A DNA stretch of 64,000 nt from NCBI GenBank assembly GCA_034521065.1, contig JAXHMW010000010.1:25264-89263 (forward strand), given 5' to 3'. The translations under genes and the position numbers were made by a program. Shown one piece after another: positions 51,894-60,922 of this stretch. Numbering within the stretch: the stretch's first letter is position 1; each line of letters begins with the position of its first letter. A model generated the notes under the pieces. That model made no database searches. It was not told where the DNA came from and saw nothing but the letters and a program-made list of their open reading frames with translations. Origin of the DNA: Planctomycetota bacterium (GTDB lineage: Bacteria > Planctomycetota > B143-G9).

Positions 51894-54092
51894 TCATTTC
51901 GAAAACAGCGCATTTGCGAAGGCCATTAATTCCGTATCTTCGCCATTTGCTTTTAACTGCTCAAGAAATACAAGAAAAGACGATTGCACAATGGACCCTC
52001 TTATGGACAATCCTCTGGCCAGCATAATCCCGCTAAGCTCTTGGACCGCAACTGATGGGGTTAGCCGAGTCAGTTCAAGTTCATCCCCTTTATTCCTTAC
52101 CACAACACCGCGTGTTAGCCAACCGCCGTGTTTTACTACGATTATGTCCGGTTCAACAAACTCAAGGCTGTATAACAACGGCAGTTTGTGATTGGCTACT
52201 GTCTTCAAAGTTTTCAGGTTTACGACGGAGACCTCGGAGGGATTAGTGGAATAGCTTATAGCTGCTTTGTTCTCCCCCAAAATGCCTGCTATATGTCCGT
52301 GTACTTGCAGCAACCGAACAGATTCGGCTGTTTTGGGGGCAAAAAGATGCAGTGCTTCCGAATCGGTTTCGCGTGTAACCACATAGATCGCATCAGCCGT
52401 GCTGAAAAGTACATCACCTCGCAGACCGGCTTTTCTCATGGAACTGAGAACGGAAGCGTTGCAAGCAACCCACTGAGAACATATCTCATCTCGTCGAACT
52501 GCATTTTTCCCGTACTGCACATCCCCCCACTCTGTTACTACGTCAAAACCCCCATCCCTTGCTACCTTCAGCTTTGCACTAAGGCTTGCGTGGATTGTGT
52601 AGTCATTGACTTCCTTTTCGGCGAGCAATACGAGCGACCTGTTGAACCAGTCCCATTTTAGACCCGTGAGGGTGAATTGCTGTGATATGATCGGAGCCGC
52701 TTCGAGCATCACAGAGTTTCCCGTATTACGAATATCAACGGCTATTAACTGACCGAACGTCAGAACATAACAGATTCCAGTCTGCACATCGAGGTCGCTA
52801 AGGACTTCCATTTTCCAGTGTTGGGCGATACGCTTACTTCGTTCAACCCGTTCGGAGCGTATAAATCTCCCTGCATACGCGTCCTCTCCGCTTGTAGGGT
52901 GAATAGGTCGAACCAGTGCCGAATCCTCCACGAATGCGAGACTGGAAGAGTTAACATGTATCACACGACCGAGGAAGGAGTTGTTAGTGACCCGCGGTAC
53001 CGTGGTCACATCCTCGATGATTGAAAGGGACTTCTCTCTCCACAGAAGCAATGCCCCATCTTTATCGAAGTGCACGTGTATATAGCGAGGGTCGCGAGGA
53101 TGCCGCGAAAAAGGCAATGTGCCAGCATCTCGTGGTGTGATCGTCATATCTGGTTCAGGTAACTCTCCAAGGGGCTTATTGTTCGACCCCGGCAGAGAGA
53201 CTTTTAGTAGCATCTCAGCGTCCTCAGTACGTAAAACGCGCACTTCGTACGTTCGTCCCTCTTGGGGCTGCTCTTCGGTCAGGCATATATGTGCAGCAAG
53301 GGAAGCGTCATTGTTAAACGCAACAGAGTAGACTCCAGGCATTTGAAAGGAACGGGGATTCTTCTTTGATAGGTCGAACACCTGAGTAGAGGGAGGCGTA
53401 TTGTCCGAAGTAGTCTTGAAACATGCAAAGACAGGCTGTGCGCTTGAGGCAAGGTAGTAGCGTTGAGAACCTACCGATATTGTTTTCAATTCTTCATTAT
53501 TACGACTGTATCTAAGAAGCACATACGCATTCTTCCCAGAAGTCTCCAAAGCAGTCAGACAGACGTAGCAGGAGGTGTCATCAGCCCAGAGCACCTGCGC
53601 ATGCGCTATCGCAGATTTTCTTCCTTCAATAGTGACAGTCGACGGTAACAAACAGAACTGTTGCAGCGTACGCTCTTCATCAAGGTCAAAGCGCCACACT
53701 TTGCCGGCCTTGGCAACATACCCGGTACTTGATTCCTTCAAGATAAAGGGCTCAGCCTCAGTATCGCCAGGCGACAAGGCAAGGTTACCAATGTAGTCAC
53801 CAGCAAAGTCGAACACCGACTCTCCAACAAGAACGCAGAACTCCGAGACAGCCACCTTTCGCGAAAGGCCGTCAAACTGTCTTGCAAGCAAAGGAGTCCG
53901 CGACAGTAGCAGTTCAGAGTGGATAGCATCCTTGGTGAGTTCAGAGGTTATCTTCTGCAAACTGGAGCATACTGGCCATAGGTCAGCCCTGTTTACTTCC
54001 GCGGGAAGAAAACAAGTGCAGAAGCAGATAAGCAGTAGTAGCAACACTGCAACTGGTTGCACTCTCTGCTTGCAGCTTGTCAGAAGTCCCAT
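51894..54092 (-). CDS. Exported beta-propeller-like protein (candidate immunity, module A)
   Basis: Signal/TM; beta-strand repeats; start overlaps the upstream stop. Confidence 0.65.
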   Translation of the reverse strand: MGLLTSCKQRVQPVAVLLLLLICFCTCFLPAEVNRADLWPVCSSLQKITSELTKDAIHSELLLSRTPLLARQFDGLSRKVAVSEFCVLVGESVFDFAGDYIGNLALSPGDTEAEPFILKESSTGYVAKAGKVWRFDLDEERTLQQFCLLPSTVTIEGRKSAIAHAQVLWADDTSCYVCLTALETSGKNAYVLLRYSRNNEELKTISVGSQRYYLASSAQPVFACFKTTSDNTPPSTQVFDLSKKNPRSFQMPGVYSVAFNNDASLAAHICLTEEQPQEGRTYEVRVLRTEDAEMLLKVSLPGSNNKPLGELPEPDMTITPRDAGTLPFSRHPRDPRYIHVHFDKDGALLLWREKSLSIIEDVTTVPRVTNNSFLGRVIHVNSSSLAFVEDSALVRPIHPTSGEDAYAGRFIRSERVERSKRIAQHWKMEVLSDLDVQTGICYVLTFGQLIAVDIRNTGNSVMLEAAPIISQQFTLTGLKWDWFNRSLVLLAEKEVNDYTIHASLSAKLKVARDGGFDVVTEWGDVQYGKNAVRRDEICSQWVACNASVLSSMRKAGLRGDVLFSTADAIYVVTRETDSEALHLFAPKTAESVRLLQVHGHIAGILGENKAAISYSTNPSEVSVVNLKTLKTVANHKLPLLYSLEFVEPDIIVVKHGGWLTRGVVVRNKGDELELTRLTPSVAVQELSGIMLARGLSIRGSIVQSSFLVFLEQLKANGEDTELMAFANALFSK

Positions 54093-55465
54093 GCTGTCTC
54101 GTCTCCTTCTAACACTGATGAAGTTGCTTCACCTCTTGTAAGTACAGGAACTCGTGTTGTTGCTTTTCTCTTTGCTTTATTGTCTTCTTCATCTTCATCT
54201 TCTTTTTGTGGCTCTTTGTAAGGCTTAAGTGCTTCGCGCATTCTCTCTTTGTCTGAAGTTGTCGCTTCAGGTACTTTTTGTAACTGGCGTTCACTCTTGC
54301 CTTTTACTTTGGGTATCGGTTCATTTACACGCTTATAGTCATCTATAACGTCATACCATAGTTGAAATGAGTCAACATACCGCAGGCTATCTTCTTTGTC
54401 TGCACCTGGATAACTTTGATAGTAACAGACGTACCACTTATAAACATAAGAGGCATTGACGATCTCATCAATGTGCGCATTCTTATTAGAGAACTTATTG
54501 ATGTTTTTACGCATCCTAGCTCCAATAGAGGCATCACCAAAGCCAATTTCTGTTTCATCATCTTCTCTACGGATGCCAATATCTAAATCGAAGTACTTAT
54601 CACCACTGAGGGGCAAATGCACTAAGTCCGGTCTCAGTAGGCCATTCTCATCAGTAGCACTCTCAGCTCGGTCAGAATCTCTATCGGATGATTCGAAAAC
54701 TCGCGGTTTATCATAAGGTTCCTTCATGCCAATTTCAATTGTCTTCAATGCTCCGTCAACAATGCAATCAAGAACAATTTCTATCTCAAGAAGAGTCACT
54801 GTGTAATACACCGTGTGCGTATTTCCTCGATATCTTAGAAAGTGCATTGATCTGTCTCGAAGTACAAAGCTATTAGGTTGCTCTCTGGGCCTGTTATAAT
54901 CCTTGTCCGAAAATAGGACTGCTTTCCCGGGATTAAAAGGAATCTCAGAAAGTGCATCTCCGTTTTTCTTCGCGGTTGGTATCCCGACAAACCCTTCCTC
55001 AATTGACCGTGTTGGCGAACTTCCGCTGCCAGGTATTCCCATAATGTCGTCTTCAGGGAAGCTCCCGGGTATATCAGCGCTTGGGATCATAGGCCCTTGG
55101 TCCGGGCCCGGAGGCTCGATCGGGTCAATCGGTCTGTCGAGAATGTCTTCTTTGCTCGGCTCTCCGTCCATGCTGTCTGAGGCCGGTTCCGGCTCCACGG
55201 TGGGTATGAAGCGGCGTTCCTCGGCGTGATGACGACCCGGCCGGGGAAGCACATCATCCATAGGCTTGACGGGAGGCTCGTGGCCGGGTTCGAATTCCGG
55301 CGGGGTGTAAGGCAGCGTCGGGTCATACGCCGAGCCCGGCAGTCTGCCCACTTTGCCCCTTCTGGTTGTGCTGAAAGCAGCTATTGGATCTACCTGATGC
55401 GCCGAGCCGTCCGGCCCGTATTCAAGATAGTCGTTGAAGTGGTTGTTCCTGTCCCCGTTCGCCAT
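54080..55465 (-). CDS. Polymorphic protein A: conserved Pro/acidic N-terminus plus unique C-terminus
   Basis: AAGGAG RBS; first ~160 aa closely match 58952-60663, then unrelated. Confidence 0.8.
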   Translation of the reverse strand: MANGDRNNHFNDYLEYGPDGSAHQVDPIAAFSTTRRGKVGRLPGSAYDPTLPYTPPEFEPGHEPPVKPMDDVLPRPGRHHAEERRFIPTVEPEPASDSMDGEPSKEDILDRPIDPIEPPGPDQGPMIPSADIPGSFPEDDIMGIPGSGSSPTRSIEEGFVGIPTAKKNGDALSEIPFNPGKAVLFSDKDYNRPREQPNSFVLRDRSMHFLRYRGNTHTVYYTVTLLEIEIVLDCIVDGALKTIEIGMKEPYDKPRVFESSDRDSDRAESATDENGLLRPDLVHLPLSGDKYFDLDIGIRREDDETEIGFGDASIGARMRKNINKFSNKNAHIDEIVNASYVYKWYVCYYQSYPGADKEDSLRYVDSFQLWYDVIDDYKRVNEPIPKVKGKSERQLQKVPEATTSDKERMREALKPYKEPQKEDEDEEDNKAKRKATTRVPVLTRGEATSSVLEGDETAWDF

Positions 55466-55633
55466 GGTTACTCCTTGAATATTCTATCCCTGCGGGGTGC
55501 TTTTTGCGAGTGAAAACTGCCGCACATGGCTGTGTTTCACGGTATCGCGACCTCAAAACGGCGGAGATACTCGAGAATCGTCTTCCTCGACTGTGTTCGG
55601 AATTCCCGGCGCCCCCTGAACACCGGGAGGAGA
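54978..55633. repeat. Direct repeat copy A (upstream region plus conserved N-terminal coding block)
   Basis: Aligns with 60096-60831. Confidence 0.9.
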
Positions 55634-55846
55634 AAGGCGTGTATCGGGTTCGGGCGGGAACAGCCCTCTGTTCACTCGACCACCTCTTGGTGCTACGATG
55701 CCTTGATCTGCCTCGGCCAACCGCCGCCCGCCTTCACTGTCCTGTGTAGGGGCAACCCCTCGCCGATAAAAGACAGTGCTTCGGTTCGCCGCTGAATTGC
55801 GGTCGCCGGAGTGACATATCTAACACGGAAAGTTGCACGGTCTTAT

Positions 55847-55927
55847 GTAGGGGCAACCCCTGTGGTTGCCCAAGCCCATGGAGCATCCCTAAAACAAGAA
55901 AAGGGCAGGCACAGGACCTGCCCCTAC
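55847..55927. repeat. GTAG-type REP doublet (REPIN); partial solo copy at 55746-55760
   Basis: GTAGGGGCAACCCCTGTGGTTGCCC ... GGGCAGGCACAGGACCTGCCCCTAC. Confidence 0.7.
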
Positions 55928-56066
55928 AAAGACTCGCGTACAAACGGGTAAAAACTGACGGAGCGGTGCAAAGGTCCATCTTCACGGTTTGGGTTCTGTG
56001 GTTACCTTGCCTTTTGCTCCCAGTCCTCTGCTTTCTACTCTCAACTCTCTCGCCGCAGGCTCGGCT

Positions 56067-56219
56067 CTATTTCAACTCAACTTCTTTGATGCCGTCGGGA
56101 TAGCCGATATTAACCTTGTCAGGCGATGTCATGAAGATGAAGAGGGGCTCTATGTCAAGGCGGATCATGCCCGCACGCTTGCCGTCAAAGGTGGAGTATA
56201 GCGGAACCTGCTTTCGCAT
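56067..56219 (-). pseudogene. C-terminal remnant of a paralogue of 49309-50190
   Basis: YSTFDGKRAGMIRLDIEPLFIFMTSPDKVNIGYPDGIKEVELK* versus YSTLDSQRSGLIKLHQSPRFLYMTSADTACCAFDDKVVKYQLK*. Confidence 0.6.
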
Positions 56220-56221
56220 CT

Positions 56222-57517
56222 TCACTTGTTGCTGACCAGAACTTCCATTATCTCGAACGGAGCAAAGAGAAACAGACGGTTCCCTTTGCTCGCTTCAACG
56301 AATCCGGAATCTGCATACAGCAGGCCGGGAAACTCCTTGAAATCCTTGTACTTCGATACCGTCTTCCAGTCCAGAGCAAGCACCCATTCAACGGCAGGAT
56401 TTGTCCTGTTGATACCAACAAGATGCGTCCTTTGAAGGTAACGTCCATACACGGGAAACTTGCTTTGCTTGCCGTTACCCGCAGCATAGATGACAACGTC
56501 CTCCATCACTGCGAGTCTCTGCACTAAGACAAGACCGAGACTAAACGAGCCAGTCAGCTTGCCAGAAAATACATCAACCGTGCAATACTCTCCTGAGGTT
56601 CTCTTACGAAAACACTGTTCTGCTGTTTTGGTGTCGAGCAAGGCCAAACGGTGCGCATGCATGAGAAGCTCATCACGACACTCAGAGAGTTTTTCAGCCA
56701 CGGAGAGGTCTGCAAGATGACCTGTGCTGAGGTCAAGAACAAACAGGTCTTCTCCTGCTGTTATCAGTGCTGCATTGTCGTTTTGCTCATGGAAGAAACT
56801 AAAGCTGTTCTTGTCCGCCCTGAACCTCTCTGTTTCCCAAAGCACATCCCCTGAGTCAATATCAACCGCAATGTACTGGTATTCTCGGTTAGATCCTGTG
56901 TGCTCTGTACTCTTGCCTTGAGGTTCTGAGGCATACGAACACAGGAGCTTACGACCAATTGCCCTCACGATCTTGAAGGCGGAATACCTTTGAGGGTCAA
57001 TTGAGATGGTGAACGTATTCCTAAGTTCTTCGTCAATTGCAAGAGTGTACTCTCGAACTTCGCAAGAACCTTCGCGTACAGAAAAGACAAAGCTCAGGTA
57101 CGAGTTGTCAGTGAACATAGTGGGCGTGTTGAGTTGCCGAACCTTCTGCGGAGACCCTTCGGGTACTGCACAAGCCATGAGGTGCTTGTGCACTCGTTGC
57201 TTGTCAAAGTAGAACAACACATCGTCTGCAAGCCGAAATGACTCAAAGCGACCGCGAGGATGGATCTGTAGCACAGGAGTCGCATCTAAGGTGCTGCATA
57301 CGTGGATCGTGCTTTCCCACTCAACTACTATGTATTTCCCGTCTGACGTGATGGGAACATGGTCATCTGTCTTCAGGGATACAAACCGTGTGTTGGGATG
57401 AGTGAAACCAGATCGATTTGTGCGGATAACACTTGCTGCGGTCAATCCATATGAAGTCAATGCGCTTAACAGCATCGCCACACAGACCAGAAAGCAGAGC
57501 ACGTGTTTTGCTTTCAC
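56222..57517 (-). CDS. Exported PQQ-like beta-propeller protein (candidate immunity, module B)
   Basis: GTG start with signal peptide; AVDIDSGDVLW and VLDLSTG propeller motifs. Confidence 0.7.
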   Translation of the reverse strand: MKAKHVLCFLVCVAMLLSALTSYGLTAASVIRTNRSGFTHPNTRFVSLKTDDHVPITSDGKYIVVEWESTIHVCSTLDATPVLQIHPRGRFESFRLADDVLFYFDKQRVHKHLMACAVPEGSPQKVRQLNTPTMFTDNSYLSFVFSVREGSCEVREYTLAIDEELRNTFTISIDPQRYSAFKIVRAIGRKLLCSYASEPQGKSTEHTGSNREYQYIAVDIDSGDVLWETERFRADKNSFSFFHEQNDNAALITAGEDLFVLDLSTGHLADLSVAEKLSECRDELLMHAHRLALLDTKTAEQCFRKRTSGEYCTVDVFSGKLTGSFSLGLVLVQRLAVMEDVVIYAAGNGKQSKFPVYGRYLQRTHLVGINRTNPAVEWVLALDWKTVSKYKDFKEFPGLLYADSGFVEASKGNRLFLFAPFEIMEVLVSNK

Positions 57518-57527
57518 AGATTCGCCC

Positions 57528-58952
57528 TCAATCTTCCTGCGGCAACTCAACTAACCTGTAAGAGAAACCGCTCGTAACAAAGAGCACTTGCCCGTTTATG
57601 CAGAAATGAACGCGCTGAGGCTTCAGCGCCCATTCAAGGTCGAGCTTCCAGAGAACACGCCAAGTGTCCCTTGATATGCTGACAACATGAGTGATTGCTT
57701 CTGATGTACCTGCAAGACAAATCGTTTCTGTTTCCCGTACTGCAATGCGTTTGTGGAAGCAGAACTCTGTATTCAGGCTTGCTACTACCTTCCGATTCTG
57801 TGCTTTCACAACAGACACCTCGTAGCCTGAAAGCTCCCCATTCATGATGCTGCTGTGAGTTCTTTCTGTACTGTACAGAAAATGTCCATCGGCAAGCACC
57901 AATGGGATCCCACTTTCGCCTGTACCGGAAGCGATCCTGCCTGCATCAATGAGATCACCAGTTGACAGGTTACAAAGAACGAGTTCTGAGAATCTGGAGA
58001 CTATCCCTGTTGTATCGCTTCCCGACAGAACCGCACGTGGAGGCGTGACTCCGGGATGCTCCTCAAATTCGTCCGAAACCCATACGAGCTTGCTCTGTGA
58101 TAGGTCGTAGCACTCAACAAAGGACAGTAGTGACTGGCGTTCAAGGTTATTGCGTGAGTAGTTGTGCGTCTCCCGTGACCGATGCAGCAGCAAGCGGTCT
58201 TTGTACATGCAGCTAATTGCAGTCTTTGTGGAGGGAGGAACGGAAGTAAGTTCGATCCTGCCTGTCAGCAGTTTCTTCGCAGGGAACTCGAAAACCGATC
58301 CAGTTACGTTTGGCAGTCTCTTCAGTTGGGAATATGGGTTCTTAAAATCCGTCCAACTCAGAACGTTCTTTTGACCGTCACTGTGAACAGTTAGGACTCT
58401 TATCTTACCATCGAAGAATTGAATATGGTAAACGCCGCTGTCGATCAGCATCTCAATGACCTTCACGTATGCCCATGCTTCAGGCAGTACACAGTACACT
58501 TCCAAAGTGCCGCCCTCATGATGAGCGTAGAAAAGCGCGTTTGAGGCGGAATACACCTGCGATCCTTTAGGCATGCTGGAGATCAAATTCCCTCTTGAGG
58601 TGCCAAATGCACCCAGCGCAGGCGTCCGGGCCTTCTCGTATCGCAGCCTGAAATAGGGTAGCCTTGCCAGAACATATTCACCGCTTTCTGTGACTGCAAA
58701 CCTCGGCACATGAGGCTCGTATGACCCCGCCCTTATTCGCTCGAATGAAGACCACCCCCGCCAGTTGAGCGAGCCTCTATGGACAATACGAGCGGAGCGA
58801 CCTTTAACGCCGGGTTCCACGGTGTGCCGAGAGGCGTCTCGGCAACCCGCTACGAGCAAAGCCAAACACAGGCAAGCGATTGCAACCGATGCCGACGTAT
58901 TGCAAAACAAAGAACGGTTGAGAAGATGCGAACTGCCAGAATATGATGCCAT
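57528..58952 (-). CDS. Lipoprotein, PQQ-like beta-propeller (candidate immunity, module B)
   Basis: Lipobox VAGC; CYDLSQSKLVW and CNLSTGD; TGATG coupling to the upstream gene. Confidence 0.7.
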   Translation of the reverse strand: MASYSGSSHLLNRSLFCNTSASVAIACLCLALLVAGCRDASRHTVEPGVKGRSARIVHRGSLNWRGWSSFERIRAGSYEPHVPRFAVTESGEYVLARLPYFRLRYEKARTPALGAFGTSRGNLISSMPKGSQVYSASNALFYAHHEGGTLEVYCVLPEAWAYVKVIEMLIDSGVYHIQFFDGKIRVLTVHSDGQKNVLSWTDFKNPYSQLKRLPNVTGSVFEFPAKKLLTGRIELTSVPPSTKTAISCMYKDRLLLHRSRETHNYSRNNLERQSLLSFVECYDLSQSKLVWVSDEFEEHPGVTPPRAVLSGSDTTGIVSRFSELVLCNLSTGDLIDAGRIASGTGESGIPLVLADGHFLYSTERTHSSIMNGELSGYEVSVVKAQNRKVVASLNTEFCFHKRIAVRETETICLAGTSEAITHVVSISRDTWRVLWKLDLEWALKPQRVHFCINGQVLFVTSGFSYRLVELPQED

Positions 58953-60663
58953 CAGCGTTTCCGGTTTCTTTGTACAGGAACAACAGGGCTAAACAGAGCA
59001 TCTCGATACTTTCTGTTGTAGTAGTCCACCCACCCGTCGTGGGCCCATGCATCTTGAAACCCTCTCCAATCACCTTCGTAACTCTCAATTGTAGGACGAC
59101 CCTCCAACTTCTTATACACTCTCATACCGTGCTTTCTGTCTCTTGGTTGCTTCTCTCTTTCACTCCTTGGTCGTCCGTCGTTTCTGTCATCGCTCACGGC
59201 ACCGCATGTGGTCGCTCCAGTTTCCTTAGTCACCCGATAGCAAACAGAACCAAGCCCCGCTGCAGCTGAACAACAGGTAAAAGAAACGGTTGAGCGTTCG
59301 CTTACTAACTCTGAGAAAAAGCCTGCGACTGCAGCACCGGAAACCTTCCAGCCATTGTTACCTACACAATAGTACTTCGAATAGTCCCACTCAGGGTTGC
59401 CATCTGCTGCGAATTTCAAAAAAGGTTGTCCACCGTGGGAAGCCCATCGTGACATGCAATAGTGCCCGCTGGTTGCTGAGGCAAACGCAGTCGCCGTCAT
59501 CTTAGCTCTTTGCAGAACATCCATCGCCTTCTGTTCGGTGTTTCCTTTTGAATTCTCGGCACCATCTTCAACCGGTGGTAGCGTCGTGATTGATGCCACA
59601 TGTTCGACGGGTGGGTGGTCAAACAGTGTTCCACCAGACACGTCGCCTTCACCAAAATCGGCACGTTGGATAAATTCATCAGGCATAGAATTGTCAACGC
59701 TCAACAAACCACGGTTCAGTGTATACATTATCTTGTCCATGTTTGAAATCGGCGGTTCAAAACTACAACCTTCAATTGTGTCAGGCTTCTTTGTGTCCCA
59801 AAAGAAGCCTATTACAAGAACCAGAGCCTTCGTGTTCTTTGAGCCACACATAGGACAAACGTAATCGTCAGCTTGCCTTTCAGCAGCCCATGCAGAGACG
59901 TCTTCCCAGTGTAGGTCAAAATCACCAGAAGTTACTACACCGAGGTGAAAGCATGGCCACTGATCTGATTCTGCGCTCTCGGTCGTTTCTTTCGTGACGC
60001 CATAACTATCATTGTGCCGAGAGGCAACAGTATCCTCAAGAATATGCCCACCCCCCTCAAACGGCGGCTGAAGTTTGGGGGCCTTGGGGTCATCCGGTAT
60101 GCCAACAAATCCATCCTCAATTGACCGTGTTGGCGAACTTCCGCTGTTAGGTATTCCCATAATGTCGTCTTCATGGAAGCTCCCGGGTATATCAGCGCTT
60201 GGGATCATAGGCCCTTTGTCCGGGCCCGGAGGTTCGATCGGGTCTATCGGTCTGTCAAGAATGTCTTGTTCGCTCGGTTCTTCGTCCATGCTGTCTGAGG
60301 CCGGCTTCGGCTCCACGGTCGGTATGAAGCGGCGTTCTTCGGCGTGATGGCGCCCCGGCCGGGGAAGCACATCATCCATAGGCTCGACGGGAGGCTCGTG
60401 GCCGGGTTCAAACTCGGGTGGGGTGTAAGGCAGTGTCGGGTCGTACCCCGAGCCCGGCATTTTTTTACCGTTCGCTGCTGAGCGTCCACTGAACAAAAAC
60501 AGCGGAAACTGCTCGCCTGTTTCTGAACTAAGCTCCGAGACCGGCAGCCTGTCCCCTTTGCCCCTTCTGGTTGTGCCGAAAGCAGATATTGGATCTACCT
60601 GATGCGCCGAGCCGTCCGGCCCGTACTCAAGATAGTCGTTGAGGTTGTCTTCCCGTTCGCCAT
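58952..60663 (-). CDS. Polymorphic protein B: conserved Pro/acidic N-terminus plus unique C-terminus (CxxC; SHG...C motif)
   Basis: AAGGAG then ATG at 60663, as in copy A (needs one extra G in a G run); shared block ends GFVGIP. Confidence 0.8.
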
Positions 60664-60831
60664 AGCTACTCCTTAATATTCGACTCACTGCGGGATCTGC
60701 TTTGCGAATGAAAACTGGTGTTCAGTCCGTACTGAACAGGCAATCGCCTCTCAAAACGCCGGAGATACTCGAGAATCGTCTTCCTCGACTGTGTTCGGAA
60801 TTCCCCGGTGCCCCCTGAACACCGGGAGGAG
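60096..60831. repeat. Direct repeat copy B
   Basis: Aligns with 54978-55633 apart from an 87-nt in-frame indel. Confidence 0.9.
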
Positions 60832-60922
60832 ATATGCCGGAATCGGTGGCATTGTGAAGGTTCGAACAAGCGGACTTGTCAGTGCTCTTCTTGCGCCAAC
60901 AAGAGGGTCTGCCTTTGGGACT

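Noticed and set aside
54978-60831. Diversity-generating retroelement TR/VR pair
   Set aside because: No reverse transcriptase in the window, the differences are not adenine-specific and the repeat is N-terminal.
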